Program-made: the position numbers and the translations under genes
In this document: piece by piece, positions 57,882 through 64,000 of the stretch
How positions within the stretch are numbered: position 1 is the stretch's first letter
How the letters are laid out: the number at the start of each line of letters is the position of its first letter
Notes under the pieces: model-generated
Database searches by the model: none
Seen by the model: only the letters and a program-made list of their open reading frames with translations
Told to the model about the DNA's origin: nothing
NCBI GenBank assembly: GCA_965198225.1
Contig: CBDAOY010000005.1
Location: 96,001 to 160,000 of the forward strand
Direction: 5' to 3'
DNA: 64,000 bases
Source: Terriglobia bacterium
Lineage (GTDB): Bacteria > Acidobacteriota > Terriglobia > 20CM-2-55-15

Positions 57882-60800
57882 TCAGGCTGTCCCGGTACCG
57901 ATGATCCGTTGGGCTATGGGTACGTCTGCGGGGATCGTACCCTTTTCCACAAAGTCCTTCGGCGGAAAGTCGGGCGAATCTTCGAGCACGCGAACGTCGA
58001 GGATAGCAGTGGGCTCTGCGCCGGCGATGTCGTCACCGCCGAGGGCGCGCGAAGCCTCCAGGAAGACCATCAGGCTGAGGTTTCGCAGGTTCTGGTTTGG
58101 ACAGTAGACCGCTGTGAGCTTTTCGTTGAATGTGGATGTAAGCTCGAGGCCAAACTTCGACAGGGATTCCAGAGCCTCTTCGGGATCCCGACCTCCCTGT
58201 TCGACAAAGTTCGCCATCTCAACGCCCGCCCCCACGGCATTACGGATCACACGGTTCTCCAAACGCAGCAAGAGTTGGCGGAGGTGAGGGAGATTGGGTC
58301 CTCCGTAAGACAGCGCCTCGCGGCGCAGGTCGTCCAATTGATCAGCCTCATAGAAACCGGCGAACTTGGCCAGCTTCCCGGCATTGGACAGCATTTCGTG
58401 GGTTTGCTGCATGGCGAACCGCATCCGGGCCTCGGTCGCGGGGTGGTGGGCCAGCGTCGCCAGAATGTCGTGCCCGGCCCTCGTGTCGTCGTAGCTCCAG
58501 TAGACGTCGGTGTCGCGGTTCATTTCGAGAACGCCGGAGGATGTCACGCGGGCGGCCGTTGAAAAGGGCAGGCTGGAGTACAGCAGGACAACCGGGGCCG
58601 GTCCGCTAATCTCCGTATAATTCTTGGCGCTCTGGAAATAGCAGAAAGGGATCAGTTGTCTGAGCGCTTTCTGAATGTTCCGCGACATCTGCATGTATAC
58701 CTTGTCGTTCTTGTTCTTGGGAGCCTTGAGCCAGTTAGCGAGCACCTTGCCGGGCAGCCCCACTTCGAGCGAGAACAGCGTATCGCCGATTTCGGCCGTC
58801 CCGTTGTCTTTGAGTTCGTCGGTGAACTTGTCGAGCGAGGACACCCAGAAATCCAGTGAAGCCTTCTCCGGCGAATACGGCGCGAATTCGTTACGGAAGT
58901 AGCTGGGCACGATCGGCTGCAATTGACGCCTGAGTTGCGCTGTTCCCATGTTGTTGAATGCCTGTCGGAAGACATAGCTGGTGGTGGCGGCGGGCGCCCG
59001 GTCCTCTTCGCTTCCGAAGTAGCGCACGTTCACCCCTGGGAACGTCGACAGGTCCATCGTCGCGGCAAACGCCGTCTTCCAGCGTCCTTTGCGGGTGACT
59101 TCGTCCGAGTCGTCGAGGTCGTAGACGAACACCCGCCCCCTTTGCTCCTGGATCTCCATCTTCGCGAAAGACTTGTTGAGCTTGTCGGTCGTTGAGGTGA
59201 AATACGGCATGCTGAGCTGCAGGTGGCTCTGACGCTCAATCTGATGTGTGAAGACGGCTTCCTGGATTGTCACGGCGGGGTCCGTGAGCAGGTTCCTGAA
59301 ATTGCCGTCGATAGCTTCGGAAAGCAGGTCGGCCATCCTGCCGTTAGTGCCGAGGTCCAGGGTGGCGTCAATCAGCGCGGTCCTGGTGGTGGACTTCTGG
59401 TAGCTGTATGCGATCGAAAAACCGTAGGTCCGGTTGAGCGCCTTCACTCCCTCCTCGTAGAGCTTGTCCGCTTTCTTGAGGATCTCGTCGATGGCGCTCC
59501 GGATCTCCTCGAGCTTCAGCTTGTCGATCGGTCCCTTGAGGAACTCCGCGAGCTTGTTCTTGAGCCTGGTGTCCATCGCGTCGTAGTCGGTCTTCCGGAT
59601 GACGTCGATGCTGAATTTGTCGTTTACATATTTGACCAGCTCATCGATTACCTCACCGTCCAGAATCTTCTTGGCAGTCTTGGAAGCGTCGCGAACAGCT
59701 TCGAACTCCTTGGTGTTCACAAGGATGTCAACCAGGCTCTTCGAGGCGATCGTGGAAAGCCACCGGCCGGTCGGCGTGTCGAAGTAGTCGACCCGTCCAA
59801 TAGCGTCGCGGATCGTGTCCGACACCTTCTGTTTGTCGTCGCCGGCCAGGGCGTCAAGGGCACTACGGAACTCTTTCGCGGCTTTAGGACTGGTCCCGGA
59901 AAGCGTGGACCAGAGTAGTGACGAAGCGCGGTTCCCCAGGTTGTCCCACTCGTCCAGGAAGCCTTTGACCCGCTCGTGAGCTTCGGTGTAGATCTTTTCC
60001 ACGTCGATGCCCGCCTCGTCCTTCAGCTTCTTCTCGGCGAAGTCGACCAGGAATTCGCTGGCCAGGCTCTCCAGCGAGCGATCAGGATCGACCCACTTCC
60101 GAACGAGCTTCAGGTCTTCGACAATCTGCGGTCCGCTCACGCCGAATATGCCCGAGATGAAGTCGTCCATTTGTGCCGGCAGGAGCTTGCCGGTGTCACC
60201 GGTGACGTTCACCCCCGCATTGAGCGCGAAGTTCCAACCCTTCTTCCGCAGCTTGTAGAGTCGCATTCGGATCCTGTTCTGGTCTGGGTCGAATGACTCC
60301 CGCCCGACAACCAGAGCAAACTTGCCGGAGGCGTTGAAGCCAAGAGCGACCGAGGCGGCCGACTGGATGCGAAGGCCGACCTCGCCGGAAAGTCCCTTGA
60401 GTCCAACATTACGAATCCAGTTGTATTGATAACCGAACTGGGCGCCCAACTTGACGCCCACGCTCGCGTTGACCTCGGTCATGATCCACGTTCCGGGGTC
60501 CAGGCCCTTGGCCGGAACCTGCCTGGGGACCCGCCAACTGGCCAGGGTGTCGGCGACAGCGGTAGCCGCTTTAGGGTCTTCCTTGAAAGCCCGCACGACC
60601 GCAAAGAAAGCGTCCTTCTTGCCCTCCACCCCAAACGTGGCGGTGGCGCCCGGGGCCAGCGCGATCGACCCGGAAGCCTTGCCGCTCAGCTTGTATCCCC
60701 AATTGAGGGCCAGGTAGCGGGCTGCGCCGATAGCGTCCAGGTTCAGGCCGTCGATCGCCGGATTGCGAAGCGCGAGGTCGTTCATGACCTCCTGCTGAGA

Positions 60801-61091
60801 GGAGTAGACGCCCAGACCGGTGAACGCCTGAGCTCCAAACCCGAAAGAGATCGATCCCCTGTCACCATTCGAGAACTCCAGGTCGTGCTCTCCGGATACG
60901 CCGGCGCTGATCTTTCCCAACACGATGGGGCCCGCAGGGAACGGCTCGTTGTTCAGCAGGGCGAGCGCCACATTCTTGTCCTTCGTGGCGTCGATTTCGA
61001 CATTCACGTCGACGTCACCGTCCAGGAAGTCCTTGGTCTTGGTGAAGACAAATCTTGTATCCGAAATGCGAGCTAGTGCAGGGGTTGCCAT
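57882..61091 (-). CDS. Large hypothetical protein (1069 aa)
   Basis: Long intact ORF with AGGAGAGAAAGG-like RBS; beta-rich N-terminus, helical middle; no family recognised. Confidence 0.8.
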   Translation of the reverse strand: MATPALARISDTRFVFTKTKDFLDGDVDVNVEIDATKDKNVALALLNNEPFPAGPIVLGKISAGVSGEHDLEFSNGDRGSISFGFGAQAFTGLGVYSSQQEVMNDLALRNPAIDGLNLDAIGAARYLALNWGYKLSGKASGSIALAPGATATFGVEGKKDAFFAVVRAFKEDPKAATAVADTLASWRVPRQVPAKGLDPGTWIMTEVNASVGVKLGAQFGYQYNWIRNVGLKGLSGEVGLRIQSAASVALGFNASGKFALVVGRESFDPDQNRIRMRLYKLRKKGWNFALNAGVNVTGDTGKLLPAQMDDFISGIFGVSGPQIVEDLKLVRKWVDPDRSLESLASEFLVDFAEKKLKDEAGIDVEKIYTEAHERVKGFLDEWDNLGNRASSLLWSTLSGTSPKAAKEFRSALDALAGDDKQKVSDTIRDAIGRVDYFDTPTGRWLSTIASKSLVDILVNTKEFEAVRDASKTAKKILDGEVIDELVKYVNDKFSIDVIRKTDYDAMDTRLKNKLAEFLKGPIDKLKLEEIRSAIDEILKKADKLYEEGVKALNRTYGFSIAYSYQKSTTRTALIDATLDLGTNGRMADLLSEAIDGNFRNLLTDPAVTIQEAVFTHQIERQSHLQLSMPYFTSTTDKLNKSFAKMEIQEQRGRVFVYDLDDSDEVTRKGRWKTAFAATMDLSTFPGVNVRYFGSEEDRAPAATTSYVFRQAFNNMGTAQLRRQLQPIVPSYFRNEFAPYSPEKASLDFWVSSLDKFTDELKDNGTAEIGDTLFSLEVGLPGKVLANWLKAPKNKNDKVYMQMSRNIQKALRQLIPFCYFQSAKNYTEISGPAPVVLLYSSLPFSTAARVTSSGVLEMNRDTDVYWSYDDTRAGHDILATLAHHPATEARMRFAMQQTHEMLSNAGKLAKFAGFYEADQLDDLRREALSYGGPNLPHLRQLLLRLENRVIRNAVGAGVEMANFVEQGGRDPEEALESLSKFGLELTSTFNEKLTAVYCPNQNLRNLSLMVFLEASRALGGDDIAGAEPTAILDVRVLEDSPDFPPKDFVEKGTIPADVPIAQRIIGTGTA

Positions 61092-61534
61092 TGCCTTTCT
61101 CCTACCAGATCCTTTTCGAGAACTGGAAGTCGGTCGTTAGAGAGATCGAATACATGCCGGAGCAGGTTAGAGTCGACCGGAGCCGGGTTCTCGGCGAACG
61201 CGGGCTCCGGTGTTGACAGAAATGACGCTGCTTTTCTTTTGCCGCAAGCGTTCGTGCTCAGCTTTCCGGCCGCACGCACCTTTCAGAGTGCTCCCCACGG
61301 CGAATCGTTCCTTTGGCTCATCATGGAGTCATCCGTCCCCACCCTCGACGCCGACATCCGTCCTGTGTCAAAGACGACGCCCACCTCGAGAGGGAGAACG
61401 CATTAGCCGAGGCGGGCCTCTAGCGGAATGGAGGTTTTGTCCCTTCACCGAAAAAGACGTAAGCGATCGGTGAAACCGTGCAAACAAAAGACGAAGCCAG
61501 GGTGACCGCCTAGCGGCTTAGTCCGAAGACACGA

Positions 61535-61845
61535 TCAAGGAGAAGCATTGAAAACAGGGCGCCGCCGAGCACCTGACGTGATCCGACGCTGACGTCCTTG
61601 TTTGCCAGGAAGGTGAAGTCGCCGATCGTAAACCGTCGGGCGGCTGTCTGGCCGACGAAGTCGACCGACCTGGGGTTTCCGGTATCGTGGATCCGTACGG
61701 AATACGCGAAAGCCTTGAGGTGGGAATTCAGTCAGGGTCGCCGGGTCGAATGCCCAACGCAAGTGCACGCCCGTGTCCATACGTGCGTCGCCCGCGCTCC
61801 CTACCGCGGCGGCGCCGAACAGATCGGTTTGCGTATTCGCCACAG
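61535..61845 (-). pseudogene. Probable N-terminal remnant of an uncharacterised large protein
   Basis: GVHLRWAFDP...FPPQGF.VFR after a GAGGGG RBS; loses protein-like character downstream. Confidence 0.3.
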
Positions 61846-62028
61846 GGCACCCCCTCTCTGTCGACTCAAAGGCAGGGCATCGTATCACCGATAGTAAATG
61901 GAACTTTGCCTTCTGGAGGCACGAAACAGCGATGGGCATAGGGCGTTCGATGATCTGCACGCGCCGCGTTAATCAAGGTTCGCGAACCGGCTGGCGTATT
62001 CAGGAGCGGATAGCGACAACTTGCTTGC

Positions 62029-62652
62029 TCAGGTTCGCCGGGCTTCGTCCACTTTGGTCCGCAATCGTTTTCCCCCTGCTCGATCCATTTCGGGCAAACC
62101 ACGGGGTGGACCAAAATAGCGATGACTCTGTTCTAGATACTTACGATACTCTTCACCAAAATAGCCTTCCAGCTGCCTTTCCTCCTCCAGGAAATACAAC
62201 TCAAGTCTCATCCAGAATATTGCTGTGAGAAGGAGGGCGAATCCGGATTTGCCCGCCGTCGATATGCCCAACAAAAACAATAACCATCCGACATTCTGAG
62301 GATTCCGACTCCAACGATATATTCCATTCGTCACCAACCCATCGTGAAGCCTTCCATTCATGCGCTGCAATGACCCGAAAGCGGCGATGCCCGATACAAA
62401 CAGGAGAACACCAATTCCACTCAACAAACACCCGATGGTGAAAGCGATTCCGTTGTTGACCGGCAACGGCCACAATCCCCATGTCGCCGCGACCGCGGTG
62501 AGCCCCAGATGCCCTCCGTACACGAGCCAAACGACGCTGGCAGTACTCACCGACAACCCCCTTGCTTGCCCATGCTCTTTGAGAACCCGCTTTCCGCCCC
62601 AATAAGCGAGTACTCCAACAAACGCTGATCCGACCGATAACCAGATAACCAT
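62029..62652 (-). CDS. ICMT/PEMT-family membrane methyltransferase
   Basis: LVTNGIYRWSRNPQNVG; EERQL..YFGEEYRKY. Confidence 0.8.
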   Translation of the reverse strand: MVIWLSVGSAFVGVLAYWGGKRVLKEHGQARGLSVSTASVVWLVYGGHLGLTAVAATWGLWPLPVNNGIAFTIGCLLSGIGVLLFVSGIAAFGSLQRMNGRLHDGLVTNGIYRWSRNPQNVGWLLFLLGISTAGKSGFALLLTAIFWMRLELYFLEEERQLEGYFGEEYRKYLEQSHRYFGPPRGLPEMDRAGGKRLRTKVDEARRT

Positions 62653-62866
62653 GCTGACCTCAGGCGCCTCTAACGAACAGGTTTCTGTCCGCGGTGCGGG
62701 AACGCAAAGTCCCCGGAGCAAGTACGGATTGGCATTGAGGGTGAAGCCTTGCTCGAATGAGCCGGGTGGTTAGGACGCCAACCCCTCCTATGCGGCCATC
62801 GCGACAACTCGCCACTACCCCCAGACTGAGGTCACGGCGGCCGTCGGGAACTCGGACGCTGTCGGG

Positions 62867-63490
62867 CTAACCGTGTCGCAGCGCCTCGGTGGGATCGACC
62901 CGGAGAGCCCCACGGGCCGGTCCGAGTACCGCGAGCATGCCGACTACAATCATGAGCGCCGCAGCGGCGGGGAGGACACCGGGATGTTCCAGCCACCCAT
63001 CTCTTCGACCGGCAAATAATAGCCGACTATGAGCGCCACTACAACGCCGCCGCACGCCCCGACCGCGACCTGGCCCAGCTCCCGTCCGAGGATGCCCGCC
63101 AGCAGGCGTCGTGGTTGCGCCCCCAGGGCCGACCGAATCCCGATCTCCTGCCGACGCTGGTTGACGGTGAAAGACATGAACGCGTAGGTGCCGGCTGCCG
63201 AGAGGAGGAGAACAGCCAGCGTCACTGTCACGAGTGCGAAAGCCCCCAGATATTTACCCAACGCCTGCTGGCGGTAGATTTCATCCAGCGTGCGGAGATC
63301 GTCCGCGCGCAGGGTCGGGTCCAGCGCCGTGGTGATCTCCCGGAGCCCGCCGGCCACGCCGGTCGCGTTGGCCGTGCGCAGTGTGATGTTCAGCGGGTGG
63401 ATCTGTCCGGGCACCGCGGGATGATACATCGTGCGTACGGCTTTGTTCGAGTCGAGGTCCGCCACGAGTCCCCTGGTTGACGATGAGGGC
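62867..63490 (-). pseudogene. ADOP/FtsX permease 3' fragment, frameshifted
   Basis: LSAAG.YA.MSF.V.QRRQEIGIRSALGA; ends GPAR.ALRVDPTEALR. Confidence 0.8.
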
Positions 63491-63589
63491 GTTCTCGCCG
63501 ACCTGAATGAGAGAGACGTGGAAGAGGGTCGGCATCCGAGTACAACACTCATCGCAACGACAACCTGGGAGAAAGGTGGGCGCCCGGGC

Positions 63590-63946
63590 CTACAACCGCA
63601 TTGGTATCGGCTTGAGCTCTCTCCGAAAAGGATCGAGGATCAACCCGAATCCTTCCATCGTTGTCGCTCCAAGCAACGGGGAGTCCCCCTCTTCTCCAAA
63701 GATGACGAGCGAATCTCCGCGCTGTCCCCGGTATACGAACACAGCGGTTCCAACATCCCGGGCAACGAGCTCTCCGTTGGCAAGAACGAACTCGCGACGG
63801 GAATGGGGTTCAATTCCAAGATCCTGGAGAACCTCGCGTGAGACGAGGGTGTACATGGCGCCCGAATCAACGAGGAACTCGACGGAAACGCGACGGTCAG
63901 GATTCACCGGGTTCGCAACGAAGGCTTTGACTGTGGTGAGACCCAT
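63590..63946 (-). CDS. Clan AA (retropepsin-like) aspartyl protease
   Basis: FLVDSGA; LLGATTMEGFGL.LDP; GGAGG RBS. Confidence 0.85.
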   Translation of the reverse strand: MGLTTVKAFVANPVNPDRRVSVEFLVDSGAMYTLVSREVLQDLGIEPHSRREFVLANGELVARDVGTAVFVYRGQRGDSLVIFGEEGDSPLLGATTMEGFGLILDPFRRELKPIPMRL

Positions 63947-64000
63947 CGTACCTCCAAATGGGTTGCGGAAGGGCGTACTCAGAATAGCATAACGGCGTCA

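Noticed and set aside
1-64000. CRISPR array or cas operon
   Set aside because: No repeat-spacer periodicity; the Cas4-like domain is part of a Dna2-like fusion with no cas1/cas2.

Overview
GC-rich bacterial window, most likely from an Acidobacterium: it carries several acidobacterial duplicated orphan permease (ADOP) genes and an acidobacterial-type secreted Kelch protein. About 1-47 kb is an accessory/defence mosaic. It holds two Fic genes, roughly 20 intact or decayed toxin-antitoxin modules in co-oriented runs, and a GntR-regulated methyltransferase plus diiron-like/alpha-oxoamine-synthase fusion operon. It also holds a type 3 BREX locus (brxF-brxC-pglXI) cut off by an IS21, a divergent intact SNF2 helicase-SbcD-SbcC operon (best candidate for an undescribed defence system), an IS4, a 178-bp hairpin MITE, two tRNA-Lys 3' scars, repeated ADOP 3' ends, GTAG-type REP/REPIN elements and a group II intron 3' remnant. 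About 47-57.7 kb looks more like backbone (Dna2-like nuclease-helicase, 5'-nucleotidase, family-5 UDG, an unannotated 48-aa zinc ribbon, NYN protein, Kelch protein, tRNA-Leu). Further accessory genes follow the tRNA. All calls come from motif recognition by eye; no database search was run.
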